From: a virus
Taxonomy: Duplodnaviria > Caudoviricetes
DNA: 49,082 bases
Reading direction: 5' to 3' (one strand)
IMG/VR virus record: IMGVR_UViG_3300032270_001256
Coordinates: 1-49,082 of that record
Shown: positions 34,089-44,682 of the stretch, piece after piece
Numbering within the stretch: position 1 is the stretch's first letter
Layout of the letters: each line of letters begins with the position of its first letter
Translations under genes and position numbers: made by a program
Notes under the pieces: model-generated
Seen by the model: the letters and a program-made list of their open reading frames with translations, nothing else
Databases searched by the model: none
What the model was told of the DNA's origin: nothing

Positions 34089-35666
34089 ATGTCAGCAATT
34101 GTAACCGATCAATTTAGAATTCTCAATGCAAGTAACTTTGTAGATTCTATTGATAATACTAATAATTCTTATTATGTATTTCTGGGGCTACCAAATCCAA
34201 CTGCCGTAGGATTTGGTAGAACTACTGATTGGGATACAAATACTCCTGACCCAACAGATAGTATAAATTATCTTAATCATTCTCACGATACTATCGTATT
34301 TGGTAAGAAACTGACTAGTGCAAACGTAAGAAGAGTTATAAGAAGAATTGATTGGTCTAGAGGATCAAAATATGAAATGTATCGCCATGATTATAATATT
34401 ACAAACCAATCCCCACTAACACAATCCAGTAGACTTTATGATGCCAATTATTATGTTCTAAATTCTGAGTATAAACTTTATATCTGCATTGATAATGGTT
34501 CCTCAGGGATTACTACGGGTGGAAATGCTTCTCAGGATGAACCAACCTTTACTGACCTAGAACCATCTGCAGCAGGTTCTAGTGGTGATGGATATCTCTG
34601 GAAGTACCTATACACAGTATCTCCAAGTGATATTATCAAATTTGATTCTACTGAATATATTTCGGTCCCAAATAGTTGGCAGTCCTCAACTGATGTGCAA
34701 GTAACTGCAGTCAGAACAAACGGCGATTCTTCGATTAATCAAAATCAAATTAAAAAGGTTTATATTGATAATCCAGGACTAGGATATGCTGGTGGAGCAA
34801 ATCAATCATTTAATATTATTGGTGATGGATCTGGAGCATCTATTATTTTAGATGTAAGCACTATTGGACAAATTTCTAATGCTAGAGTTTCTTCTGGTGG
34901 AAATGGATATACTTATGGTATGGTAGATCTTGGAAGCATTAGTGCAACAGCAACACAAGCAGCCAAGTTAATCCCAATTATACCACCATCAAAGGGTCAT
35001 GGTTATGATATTTACACTGAATTGGGTACTGATAGAGTCCTAGTATATGCAAGATTTGATGATTCTACAAAAGATTATCCAATCGATACAAAATTTGCCC
35101 AAATTGGCATATTAAAAAATCCAACATCATTTGGTTCAACAGCAACATTTACCGATAACCAGTTTTCTGGATTATATTCAATCAAATTAAATCAATCATC
35201 AATTACAGGAACAGTATCTGTTGGTGATAAAATTACTCAAACCGTTACCGGTGGTACGGGTGGAGTAATTGGAACCGCAGTTGGTTATGTTGCATCATAT
35301 GATACTGAAACAAATGTTGTCAAGTATTTTAGAGATAGATCACTTTATTTCAATTCAACCAAATTGGATGAAACTGATTATAAAACTGTTTCATCACAAG
35401 CAAAGGTTTTATCATTCGAATCATCTTCATATCCAATTGTGAAAGATGTTGGTGGATTTTCAGCATCTGTAGATACTAGTTTTAGTGGAGTTACTACATC
35501 ACTTTCTACAGGTAAAATAATAAGTTTAGGAACTCAATTTACAAATGGTCTTTCAAATCCTGAGATAAATAAATCATCGGGAGATATCATATACATTGAT
35601 AACAGACCCTTGGTATCAAGAAACTCCAGACAAAAAGAAGACGTTAAAATTATCCTGGAATTTTAA
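34089..35666 (+). CDS. gp8: Baseplate wedge subunit gp8
   Basis: SAIVTDQFRI, RRIDW, DGYLWKYLY, C-terminal IYIDNRPLVSR..RQKEDVKIILEF. Confidence 0.88.
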   Translation: MSAIVTDQFRILNASNFVDSIDNTNNSYYVFLGLPNPTAVGFGRTTDWDTNTPDPTDSINYLNHSHDTIVFGKKLTSANVRRVIRRIDWSRGSKYEMYRHDYNITNQSPLTQSSRLYDANYYVLNSEYKLYICIDNGSSGITTGGNASQDEPTFTDLEPSAAGSSGDGYLWKYLYTVSPSDIIKFDSTEYISVPNSWQSSTDVQVTAVRTNGDSSINQNQIKKVYIDNPGLGYAGGANQSFNIIGDGSGASIILDVSTIGQISNARVSSGGNGYTYGMVDLGSISATATQAAKLIPIIPPSKGHGYDIYTELGTDRVLVYARFDDSTKDYPIDTKFAQIGILKNPTSFGSTATFTDNQFSGLYSIKLNQSSITGTVSVGDKITQTVTGGTGGVIGTAVGYVASYDTETNVVKYFRDRSLYFNSTKLDETDYKTVSSQAKVLSFESSSYPIVKDVGGFSASVDTSFSGVTTSLSTGKIISLGTQFTNGLSNPEINKSSGDIIYIDNRPLVSRNSRQKEDVKIILEF

Positions 35667-35669
35667 AAA

Positions 35670-38600
35670 ATGGCTCAAAAAACCAATTTAAATGTTAGCC
35701 CATATTATGATGATTATGACTCTAATAAAGATTTTTATAAAGTCCTATTCAATCCAGGTAGACCAGTTCAGGCTAGAGAATTAACTACCTTACAGTCAAT
35801 TCTACAAAATCAGATTGAAAAATTTGGAAGCAACGTCTTTAAAGATGGGTCTGTAGTTATTCCGGGAAATATTGCATATGATTCACAATTTTATGCAGTT
35901 AAGTTAAATCCAACCAACTATGGTGTGGATATTTCTCTGTATATTGAAAAATTAATTGGTAAGAAAATTACAGGACAGGATTCGGGAGTTAGTGCTCGTG
36001 TTCAATATGTCTCATTCCCAGATGGAGCAAATATTGAATATATTACAATATATGTAAAATATCTAGATTCTGATTCTAATTTCAAGTTCAACCCATTTAT
36101 GAATGGGGATATACTTGTTTGTGAAGATAATATAACTTATGGAATTACAACTATAAATTCTGGCACTCCATTTGCATCTGCAATTGCATCTGATGCGACA
36201 GCAATTGGATCTGCAGCATCTATTAATGATGGAATTTATTTCATTAGAGGATTTTTTGCAAGGGTTTCCAAGCAAACAATAGTTCTTGATGAGTACACAA
36301 ATACTCCATCATATAGAATTGGATTAAGAATTGATGAGGAAATAGTCAGTGCAAAAGATGATTCTTCATTATATGATAATGCAAAGGGATTTTCCAACTA
36401 TGCAGCTCCAGGAGCAGATAGATTTAAAATCAATTTAACCCTCATTAAAAAAGAACTTACAGATCTGAATGATACAGATTTTGTTGAGTTAATGAAGGTT
36501 GAAAGGGGGCAAATTAAAAAGTTTCAAGTAAAGAGTAGTTATAATATAATTAGAGATTATCTTGCACAAAGAACTTATGATGAATCCGGAGATTATACAG
36601 TTACTCCATTTACTGTTTCTGCAAATAACTCTTTAAATAATAGACTTGGAAATGATGGTTTATTCTTTGATAATGAAAAAACAGATAGTGGAAATGTTCC
36701 ATCAGATGATTTAATGTGTGTTAAAATTTCCCCTGGTAAAGCATATGTTAGGGGATATGATATTGATAAGGTAGGAACAACAATTATCGATGTCAATAAA
36801 CCAAGAGATACTCAAACAGTAGGTCAAATTAACGTTCCATTTAAGGTAGGAAGTCTATTAAGAGTTAATAACGTATATGGTCCAGTAAAAAGAAAGGGTA
36901 CTGTAGAACTTTATAACCAAAGAAAAAGTTCTTATAGTGCATCTTCTGGAACAGGCATTAAAATTGGTGATGCTAGAATTTTAGAACTTAATGTAACTGA
37001 TGTAAATTATTCTGCCTTCTCAACAAACTGGGATTTGTATCTTTATGATATTCAAACTTATACTCAACTGACTTTAAACCAAGCAGTTGGGGTAGAACTT
37101 CCCGCAACTTCTTTTATTAAGGGAAAAAATAGTGGAGCTACTGGATATGCGGTAAGTGCGGGTACTAACTCAACTTTAATTTCACTAAGACAAGTATCTG
37201 GATCCTTTTTACCAGGAGAACAAATTATTATCAATGGTATTGAAAACTATTCAAGATCCATCGTATCTGTAAAAGATTTTGGTAATCAGGATATCAAATC
37301 CGTTTATCAGAGTACAGCAGTATCTGGTTTGCCAGTAGCATTTACTGCAGATTGTTTCTTGGATACCATCAATGGTAGTGGATTTAATGGATTGGATAGA
37401 ATAACAATTTCTTTTGATGCCTCCGGAAATGCGACTGCAGCATGTCCCGGAAAAGTATTTTCGGGTATTAAAACTGACGCTGTTATTAGATATCAAAGAC
37501 CTGGATTTACTACAGAAACTTATAATAGAGTTTCGGCAATATCTCCAACAGGACTAACAATGAATCTAGTTGGAGTAACAACTGTTACTGGAGTTTGTGA
37601 TGGCGGGGTTGGAGTTTCAACTGGCATTGGATTTGCTCTTGGAGTATCACAAATAAGAAATCAGGATAAATTAGGTCTTTATATTCCATTACCAGATAAA
37701 AATGTATCTTCTGTAAATCTAAGTGGGTCCAATATTTCTATTGTAGATCAGATTACTGGACAAACAACAAGTGCGGGTGGAAGTTTGACTTTCAACCTAT
37801 CATCATTAACTAGTGGAATTACTAGCGCATTTTTCTTGCCATTTACACAAGAAAGATATTCCGTTTTCTATGCCAATGGTGGTATTGGAACCATTACGTC
37901 GGACCAATTCTCAATTAGTGGAAATAACGTAACTTTCAGTGGATTAAGTGCCAGCCAATCTAATGTTGTTGTCAATGTTTCTTTATTGAAGAGTGGAATT
38001 AAGAGTAAAGTTAAAACATATACAAGAAGCCAAACCTTAACTGTTAATCTTTCAAAATATCTCCAATCTGGAACAGGTATAAACACATCAATTAATGATG
38101 GACTTACATACAATCAATATTATGGATTAAGGGTACAAGATGAAGAAATATCTTTAAATTATCCCGATGTTGCAAACATCATTGCAGTTTATGAATCATT
38201 AGATCAGAGTGCTCCAGTTCTCGATAATCTGTCATTTAGTTCGGTCGTTAATGTTGATTCTAATGCAATTGTTGGAGAGACTATTTTTGGTAATACAAGT
38301 AAAACTATTGCAAGGGTAGTTTTAAAATCTCCTAATGTAACTTCAAATACAATAAGTGTTGTATATCAAAATGCAAATAGATTTTTAGCAAATGAATCTG
38401 TAACCTTTAAGGAATCCAATATTACAACAAATATTCAAACTATTACCCTAGGAAAATATAAGGACATTAGCAATAACTATACACTAGATAAAGGTCAGAA
38501 AGAACAGTTCTATGATTATTCGAAACTTGTACGAAATAATAATGTATTAGAACCAACTAGACAACTTTATATTGTTTTTGATTATTATTCAATCCCATCT

Positions 38601-41600
38601 AGCGATGATGGTGACCTTTTCACAGTCCTAAGTTATGATAGAAATAGATATCTCAATGATATCCCATCACTTGGTGTAAATAATATTGTAAGAGCAACTG
38701 ATACTTTAGATTTTAGACCAAGAGTTAATCAATTTACAGGATCTGCAGCTTCACCATTTGACTTTTCACAAAGAAATTTTGGAACTTCACCAAAAGTAAT
38801 TTTTTCTCCTATTGAAAGTTCATTATTAGGATACGATTATTACCTAGGTAGAATTGATAAATTATATTTGGATAAAAATGGTGAATTTGTTCTGAAAAAA
38901 GGAACTTCAGCAAGAGTTCCACAGGCGCCAACAAATAAAGATGAAGTAATGGAAATTGCAACCATTACTTTACCACCATACCTATATGACCCAAATAGTG
39001 TAAATATCTCTCTTGCCGATAATAGAAGATATACAATGAGAGATATTGGGAAAATTGAGACTAGAGTTCAAAATCTAGAAAGAGTTACTTCACTTTCACT
39101 ATTGGAAGTAAGTACCCAAACTCTTCAAGTTCAGGACGCATCTGGTCTCAATAGATTTAAGAGTGGATTTTTTGTAGATGATTTTAAAGATTCTTCTCTG
39201 GTCAATCCTACATTTTCTTCAATCGAAGTTGATCCTGATGAAAAAGAATTAAGACCCATTATCAGTAGAAATAGTCTTAAGAGCCAAATTGCTCCTGCAA
39301 CTTCAGTTATTGATGAAAATTTGGATCTTGATTCTGATTTCAATCTTTTAGATTCAAATGTACAGAAAACTGGCAATGCAGTAACCTTAAAATATACTGA
39401 GACATCTTGGTTACAACAACCATTGGCAACTCAGATTGAAAACGTTAATCCATTTAATGTGGTTTCATATAATGGAAATATAAGACTATCGCCTGCGAGT
39501 GATAGTTGGGTAAGAACTATTAAGGTTCCACATATAACAGAAGTTGAGAGACATGTTTGGTTATATGCAACAGGAACTAGACAAACTCTATATTGGGAAA
39601 CTAATGTAAGTACATCAAATGTTTTTATAGGTAGTGGTTCCGATACTTATATGAGATCTCGCAACACTCAATTTGTTGCAGAAAACTTAAAACCATCAAC
39701 CAGATTTTATCAATTCTTTGATGGAAATGGGTCTGTTGATTTTGTACCAAAACTAATTGAAATTTCCCCATCCTCTTCACTAACAACTTATGGTGCTTCT
39801 AAAGCATTTACAGTTGGAGAGACTGTCATCGGTAGTTTTGGTGGTTCCAATCTGATTACTTTTAGAGTTGCTTCACCAAACCATAAATTTGGTCCATATA
39901 ATGCACCAACAACAACTTATAATATCAACCCATATTCATCATCACAATCTCTAGAAACAACAAATTATAGTGCATCTTCAAATGTATTGAATGTTGATAC
40001 ATATTCAATTTCTGAGGAAGCTCAGGGTAAATATTCTGGATATGTTGTTACTGGAATGAAATTAGTTGGGCAAACTAGTGGTGCTGTTGCATATGTAAAA
40101 GATCTCAGATTAATTTCCGATAACTATGGAGATCTCATTGGAACATTTTTCCTTAGAGATCCAAATGCCGATCCGGCACCAGCTATTAGAATTAGTACTG
40201 GAACTAAAACTTATAAACTGACAACAAGTTCAACAAATCAATCACCAATTCCAGGTGATTATCAATCATCATCCGCACAACAACAATATAAATCTGAAGG
40301 AACATATGACTTATATCGTCAAGATATAACTATCACAAGAACAGAATACTATGTTGATCCTTTAGCGCAAAGTTTTAGTGTTGGTGGAAATATTGAATCT
40401 CCTGATGCAAATGGATTTACAGATGATGACAAAGGAGTATTTTTAACATCAGTAGATCTCTTTTTCCAATCAAAGGATACTGGAAATGCAACGGTAACTG
40501 TTGAGGTAAGAACAGTTGAACTTGGAACGGTCACAACAAATAGAATAGGAGATCCTGTTGTTCTTCGCCCAGCGGATGTTAATATCTCTAATGATGCATC
40601 ATCGGTAACAAACGTCAAATTTAAGTATCCAATTTATCTTGCTCCAGGAAGAGAGTATGCTATTGTTCTCTTATCACCTCAGAGTGATGCTTATAATGTT
40701 TGGATTGCTGAGATGGGCAAGAAAACTGTCAATGCATCGGGATCTAATGCAAATAGTGTAATCTATAGCAGACAATTTGCTCTTGGCAGTTTGTTCAAAT
40801 CGCAAAATGGATCAATCTGGACAGCAAATCAATATCAAGATTTGATGTTCAAACTTTATAAAGCTGAGTTTAGTTTGACTTCTGGTACTGCATTCTTCTA
40901 TAATCCAACATTAAATGAAAGTAATGGATATATTCCAGTACTGGAAGTTAATCCAATAAGAACATTACCAAGAAACTTAAAAGTTGGTATTACGACGACT
41001 ATTTCTTCACCTATGATTGGTATTCTAACCACAGGAAGAAAGGTTGGTGATGCTTCGAAGCCATATAACTATGGATATATTGTTGGTACTGGTTCTTCAG
41101 CAATTTCTGTTGGCGTTCTTACTGGTGGATTAAACTACACCAACCAAGCAAACGTAAGTACATACACAATTACAGGAAATGGTTCTGGACTAACACTGAA
41201 TATTACACAAACTGGTGGTGTTGTAACTGGTATAACTGTAGCAACTGGTGGTAATGGATATGCTCTCGGTGATGTTGTTGGTATTGTTACTTCTTCTGCT
41301 GGCAGCACTGGATTAAATGCTAAATTAACTGTTTCGGATAATGGTGGTAAGGTTGATACTCTTTACTTGTCTTCAGTTCAGGGACAATCATTTACGCCAT
41401 CTGCAGCTCTCGTTTATTATGACAACTCAGGAACTGCAATTGGACTTGGAACTACAACAATTTTAACCTCATCGTCGTATTCAAACCAATATAGTGGGAA
41501 TTATATTAAGGTTAATCATCTTGATCATCAAATGTATTCTCCAACTAATAAGTTGGTATTAAATAACATCCAATCAAATATTGTACCTACAACACTAGCA

Positions 41601-42845
41601 TCTCCTCTAAATATCGGCGACACTACAATTAGTGTTGCTGATACTTCAAGATTTACAACTTTTGAAGGTGTATCTGTTGCATCTACAAACCCAGGATATA
41701 TTAAGATTGATAATGAAATAATTCAATATCAATCTATCGGACAGGGATCTTTACAAACAATTACTAGAGGTCAAGACTCCACAACAATTGAAGACCATGC
41801 AACAAGTGCAAATGTTTATAAGTATGAACTCAATGGAGTTTCTCTGAGAAGAATTAATAATGTAACACAATCAATTGGTTCTCTGAATATAGATATTGAT
41901 AGTTACTATGTACCTATTGATTTCTCAGCAAATGGTATCAATAGAACTGCTGACAATACTCCTTCGGGATTCCCACAACTATCCTTTGTTGATGAAAGAA
42001 CTTTGGGTGGTTCTAAAGTTACTTCTACTGAAAATATTCAATTCAATTCATTATTCCCCAAATATAATATTATTTCCCCAGCAAATTATACTTCGGCAAC
42101 CGCACAAATTAGAACAGTAAGCGCCACAAGTGCTTCTGGAACTGAAGTATCCTTTGTTGATCAAGGATTTGAACCAGTTGAATTGAATAAAAATAATAGA
42201 TTAACTTCTGTTAGGGCAGTATGTTCCAAGGTTAATGAGAATACTTATTTAACCACTTTACCAAGAAATAAATCATTTACAACTGGAATTACTTTACAGA
42301 CAACACATCCAAATCTTTCTCCGATTATTTTCTTAGATACCGCTTTTACAGAATTCAGAAGCAATCGTATTAATCAACCAATTACTGATTATGCTTTTGA
42401 TAACAGAGTTAATTCTGCAGTTTATGATCCAAATGCTGCAATTTATGTTTCCAATCTAGTTAAGTTACAAAATCCAGCAACTTCCTTGAAAGTTATCTTC
42501 TCCGCATATAGGCATTCATCTGCAGATATCAGAGTACTTTATTCTCTTGTAAAACCAGATTCTACGGAAGTTAGCACAGTATTTGAACTATTCCCAGGAT
42601 ATGATAATTTGACCAATACAAGCTCACCAGATAGCTATCTGTATAATGTGGTTGATCCTCTCAAAAATAATGGGCGTCCAGATAAATTTATTCCTGCAAG
42701 TGTTGCTGATGAATTTATTGAATATGAATTTACTGCTCGTGATTTGGGATTATTTACTGGATATTTGATTAAAATTGTTTTTGCTGGATCGAATCAAGCA
42801 TATCCACCAAAAATTAAAAATCTCAGAACCCTTGCAGTCAGATGA
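35670..42845 (+). CDS. Large virion structural protein (DUF4815/VrlC-like)
   Basis: NLNVSPYYDDY, LFNPGRPVQARELTTLQ, APGADR, RFKSGFFVDDF, DPLAQSF. Confidence 0.8.
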   Translation: MAQKTNLNVSPYYDDYDSNKDFYKVLFNPGRPVQARELTTLQSILQNQIEKFGSNVFKDGSVVIPGNIAYDSQFYAVKLNPTNYGVDISLYIEKLIGKKITGQDSGVSARVQYVSFPDGANIEYITIYVKYLDSDSNFKFNPFMNGDILVCEDNITYGITTINSGTPFASAIASDATAIGSAASINDGIYFIRGFFARVSKQTIVLDEYTNTPSYRIGLRIDEEIVSAKDDSSLYDNAKGFSNYAAPGADRFKINLTLIKKELTDLNDTDFVELMKVERGQIKKFQVKSSYNIIRDYLAQRTYDESGDYTVTPFTVSANNSLNNRLGNDGLFFDNEKTDSGNVPSDDLMCVKISPGKAYVRGYDIDKVGTTIIDVNKPRDTQTVGQINVPFKVGSLLRVNNVYGPVKRKGTVELYNQRKSSYSASSGTGIKIGDARILELNVTDVNYSAFSTNWDLYLYDIQTYTQLTLNQAVGVELPATSFIKGKNSGATGYAVSAGTNSTLISLRQVSGSFLPGEQIIINGIENYSRSIVSVKDFGNQDIKSVYQSTAVSGLPVAFTADCFLDTINGSGFNGLDRITISFDASGNATAACPGKVFSGIKTDAVIRYQRPGFTTETYNRVSAISPTGLTMNLVGVTTVTGVCDGGVGVSTGIGFALGVSQIRNQDKLGLYIPLPDKNVSSVNLSGSNISIVDQITGQTTSAGGSLTFNLSSLTSGITSAFFLPFTQERYSVFYANGGIGTITSDQFSISGNNVTFSGLSASQSNVVVNVSLLKSGIKSKVKTYTRSQTLTVNLSKYLQSGTGINTSINDGLTYNQYYGLRVQDEEISLNYPDVANIIAVYESLDQSAPVLDNLSFSSVVNVDSNAIVGETIFGNTSKTIARVVLKSPNVTSNTISVVYQNANRFLANESVTFKESNITTNIQTITLGKYKDISNNYTLDKGQKEQFYDYSKLVRNNNVLEPTRQLYIVFDYYSIPSSDDGDLFTVLSYDRNRYLNDIPSLGVNNIVRATDTLDFRPRVNQFTGSAASPFDFSQRNFGTSPKVIFSPIESSLLGYDYYLGRIDKLYLDKNGEFVLKKGTSARVPQAPTNKDEVMEIATITLPPYLYDPNSVNISLADNRRYTMRDIGKIETRVQNLERVTSLSLLEVSTQTLQVQDASGLNRFKSGFFVDDFKDSSLVNPTFSSIEVDPDEKELRPIISRNSLKSQIAPATSVIDENLDLDSDFNLLDSNVQKTGNAVTLKYTETSWLQQPLATQIENVNPFNVVSYNGNIRLSPASDSWVRTIKVPHITEVERHVWLYATGTRQTLYWETNVSTSNVFIGSGSDTYMRSRNTQFVAENLKPSTRFYQFFDGNGSVDFVPKLIEISPSSSLTTYGASKAFTVGETVIGSFGGSNLITFRVASPNHKFGPYNAPTTTYNINPYSSSQSLETTNYSASSNVLNVDTYSISEEAQGKYSGYVVTGMKLVGQTSGAVAYVKDLRLISDNYGDLIGTFFLRDPNADPAPAIRISTGTKTYKLTTSSTNQSPIPGDYQSSSAQQQYKSEGTYDLYRQDITITRTEYYVDPLAQSFSVGGNIESPDANGFTDDDKGVFLTSVDLFFQSKDTGNATVTVEVRTVELGTVTTNRIGDPVVLRPADVNISNDASSVTNVKFKYPIYLAPGREYAIVLLSPQSDAYNVWIAEMGKKTVNASGSNANSVIYSRQFALGSLFKSQNGSIWTANQYQDLMFKLYKAEFSLTSGTAFFYNPTLNESNGYIPVLEVNPIRTLPRNLKVGITTTISSPMIGILTTGRKVGDASKPYNYGYIVGTGSSAISVGVLTGGLNYTNQANVSTYTITGNGSGLTLNITQTGGVVTGITVATGGNGYALGDVVGIVTSSAGSTGLNAKLTVSDNGGKVDTLYLSSVQGQSFTPSAALVYYDNSGTAIGLGTTTILTSSSYSNQYSGNYIKVNHLDHQMYSPTNKLVLNNIQSNIVPTTLASPLNIGDTTISVADTSRFTTFEGVSVASTNPGYIKIDNEIIQYQSIGQGSLQTITRGQDSTTIEDHATSANVYKYELNGVSLRRINNVTQSIGSLNIDIDSYYVPIDFSANGINRTADNTPSGFPQLSFVDERTLGGSKVTSTENIQFNSLFPKYNIISPANYTSATAQIRTVSATSASGTEVSFVDQGFEPVELNKNNRLTSVRAVCSKVNENTYLTTLPRNKSFTTGITLQTTHPNLSPIIFLDTAFTEFRSNRINQPITDYAFDNRVNSAVYDPNAAIYVSNLVKLQNPATSLKVIFSAYRHSSADIRVLYSLVKPDSTEVSTVFELFPGYDNLTNTSSPDSYLYNVVDPLKNNGRPDKFIPASVADEFIEYEFTARDLGLFTGYLIKIVFAGSNQAYPPKIKNLRTLAVR

Positions 42846-43051
42846 TGATTCCAGTGAAAGATCATCCTCATCTCTACAGGGATGAGGAAAGTGGGGCTAT
42901 AGTCAATTGTGACGATAGGTCTTATAATGAATATGTAAATTCCCTAAATCAAAGGGAACATCAAAGAATAGAAATTGAATCATTAAAGAATGAAGTTAGT
43001 GAAATAAAATCTTTATTGAGGGAACTTATTAATGAAACCAGAAGAAATTGA
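42842..43051 (+). CDS. Small conserved protein with a coiled-coil tail
   Basis: VKDHPHLYRDEESGAIVN. Confidence 0.75.
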   Translation: MMIPVKDHPHLYRDEESGAIVNCDDRSYNEYVNSLNQREHQRIEIESLKNEVSEIKSLLRELINETRRN

Positions 43052-43208
43052 TCTATCTAGTATAGATAAAATGTTTGAGTATGAGAAGCATGCTCGCTTT
43101 ATTGATAACTTAAGTCAAGAGGAATTGAGAGATTTTGCAAAATTATATTGCAAAATGTATCTTCATCAGCAGGAAGTCATATCAATGCTATCTAAGTCTT
43201 CATTATAA
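43032..43208 (+). CDS. Small helical protein (58 aa, not in track), NblA-like pattern
   Basis: MKPEEIDLSSIDKMFEYEKHARFIDNLSQEELRDFAKLYCKMYLHQQEVISML. Confidence 0.55.
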   Translation: MKPEEIDLSSIDKMFEYEKHARFIDNLSQEELRDFAKLYCKMYLHQQEVISMLSKSSL

Positions 43209-43211
43209 ATA
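43204..43211 (+). promoter_or_regulatory. T4-type late promoter
   Basis: TATAAATA. Confidence 0.8.
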
Positions 43212-43235
43212 CAATACAGGATCTTTTTTGAGAAA

Positions 43236-43586
43236 ATGGCAGTATATGCAGCAAATATTGTTATTGAGCAAGGATATGACTTTTATACAAACTTTGAATT
43301 AGAAGATGCTGCCAATAACCAACCAAAAAATTTGGTGGGTTATGGGGTAACTGCTCAAGTGAGAAAAACTTACAGTAGCACAAATTCGGTTTCCTTTGCT
43401 TCTTCAATTGCAAATGCTTCTAACGGAGTCATTTCAATTTCCTTGACTTCAACTCAGACATCAGCATTAAAACCTGGTAGATATGTTTATGATGTAATGC
43501 TTCAGCAAGGTGGTCTTGGATCATCTTATGATAAAACAAAAGCAGTTGAAGGTATGGCATTAGTTAGAGGAGGGGTAACTCGATAA
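43236..43586 (+). CDS. Virion structural protein (beta-sandwich adaptor-like)
   Basis: NIVIEQG.DF, GVISISLT..QT..LKPGRYVYDV, VEG. Confidence 0.7.
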   Translation: MAVYAANIVIEQGYDFYTNFELEDAANNQPKNLVGYGVTAQVRKTYSSTNSVSFASSIANASNGVISISLTSTQTSALKPGRYVYDVMLQQGGLGSSYDKTKAVEGMALVRGGVTR

Positions 43587-43840
43587 TGTCAAATATTAAA
43601 GTCAGAATAGGTGCTCAAACAGCAACCAGAGTATTATCTACAGGATCTGTCCCAACTCTTTTTACAAAATTATTTGATGTAGATGCATCCGTACTTGAAG
43701 ATGGTGCAATTGCTGTTTATCATGCTTCAACACAAAAATTTGTGACTCAGAGAACTTTAAATCTTGATAGTTTAGTTGTAAAAAATATAGAAATTGATGG
43801 CGACGTTACAATTACAGAAATAGATGGAGGAACCTACTGA
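43586..43840 (+). CDS. Small structural protein ending IDGGTY
   Basis: Coupled ORF; L.DVD and DGG.Y motifs. Confidence 0.65.
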   Translation: MSNIKVRIGAQTATRVLSTGSVPTLFTKLFDVDASVLEDGAIAVYHASTQKFVTQRTLNLDSLVVKNIEIDGDVTITEIDGGTY

Positions 43841-44682
43841 TGGCAAAACCAGCTACCAGACAAGATTTAATTGATTACTGTTTAAGAAGACTAGGTGCTC
43901 CAGTACTAGAGATTAATATTGATGATGATCAAATTGATGATCTAGTTGATGATGCTCTTCAGTATTTCCACGAACGCCATTTTGATGGTGTGGAGAGAAT
44001 GTACCTGAAATATAAGGTTACACAGGCAGATGTAGATAGGGGAAAAGCGCAAAAAAATACTGGAGTTGGAATCGTAACAACAACAGCAACTGCAAATATT
44101 GCAGGATATGGTACAACAAGTTTTAATTTTTACGAAACCTCAAATTATATTCAAGTTCCAGATTCGGTCATAGGTATTGAGAAAGTATTCAAATTTGATA
44201 CTAGTGACATTTCAGGTGGTATGTTTAGTATCAAATACCAATTATTCTTGAATGACTTATATTATTTCAACTCCGTTGAATTGCTACAGTATGCAATGGT
44301 TAAATCATATCTTGAAGATATTGACTTTTTACTCAAAACTGATAAACAGATAAGATTCAATAAAAGACAAAATAGATTGTATATTGATATTGATTGGTCA
44401 CAAAAACTCCCAGATACTTATTTTGTTATTGACTGCTATAGAATTTTGGATCCAAATGATTTCACAAAAGTTTATAATGACAGCTTCTTAAAGAGATACT
44501 TGACAGCACTTATGAAGAGACAGTGGGGACAAAATCTTATCAAATTTAGAGGAGTTAAATTGCCAGGTGGCATTGAACTTAATGGTAGGGAAATTTATGA
44601 AGATGCAGAAAAAGAAATAGAAGATATTAGATCAAGAATGTCTATGGATTATGAATTACCACCATATGACTTTATCGGATAA
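43840..44682 (+). CDS. gp13: Neck protein gp13
   Basis: LIDYCLRRLGAPVLEINI, HFDG, KRQWGQNLIKF.GVKLPGG. Confidence 0.92.
   Translation: MAKPATRQDLIDYCLRRLGAPVLEINIDDDQIDDLVDDALQYFHERHFDGVERMYLKYKVTQADVDRGKAQKNTGVGIVTTTATANIAGYGTTSFNFYETSNYIQVPDSVIGIEKVFKFDTSDISGGMFSIKYQLFLNDLYYFNSVELLQYAMVKSYLEDIDFLLKTDKQIRFNKRQNRLYIDIDWSQKLPDTYFVIDCYRILDPNDFTKVYNDSFLKRYLTALMKRQWGQNLIKFRGVKLPGGIELNGREIYEDAEKEIEDIRSRMSMDYELPPYDFIG

Noticed and set aside
21059-42845. Introns, inteins or diversity-generating retroelement repeats in the giant structural genes
   Set aside because: Frames are continuous, and no intein splice motifs, reverse transcriptase or near-identical TR/VR pair were noticed by eye
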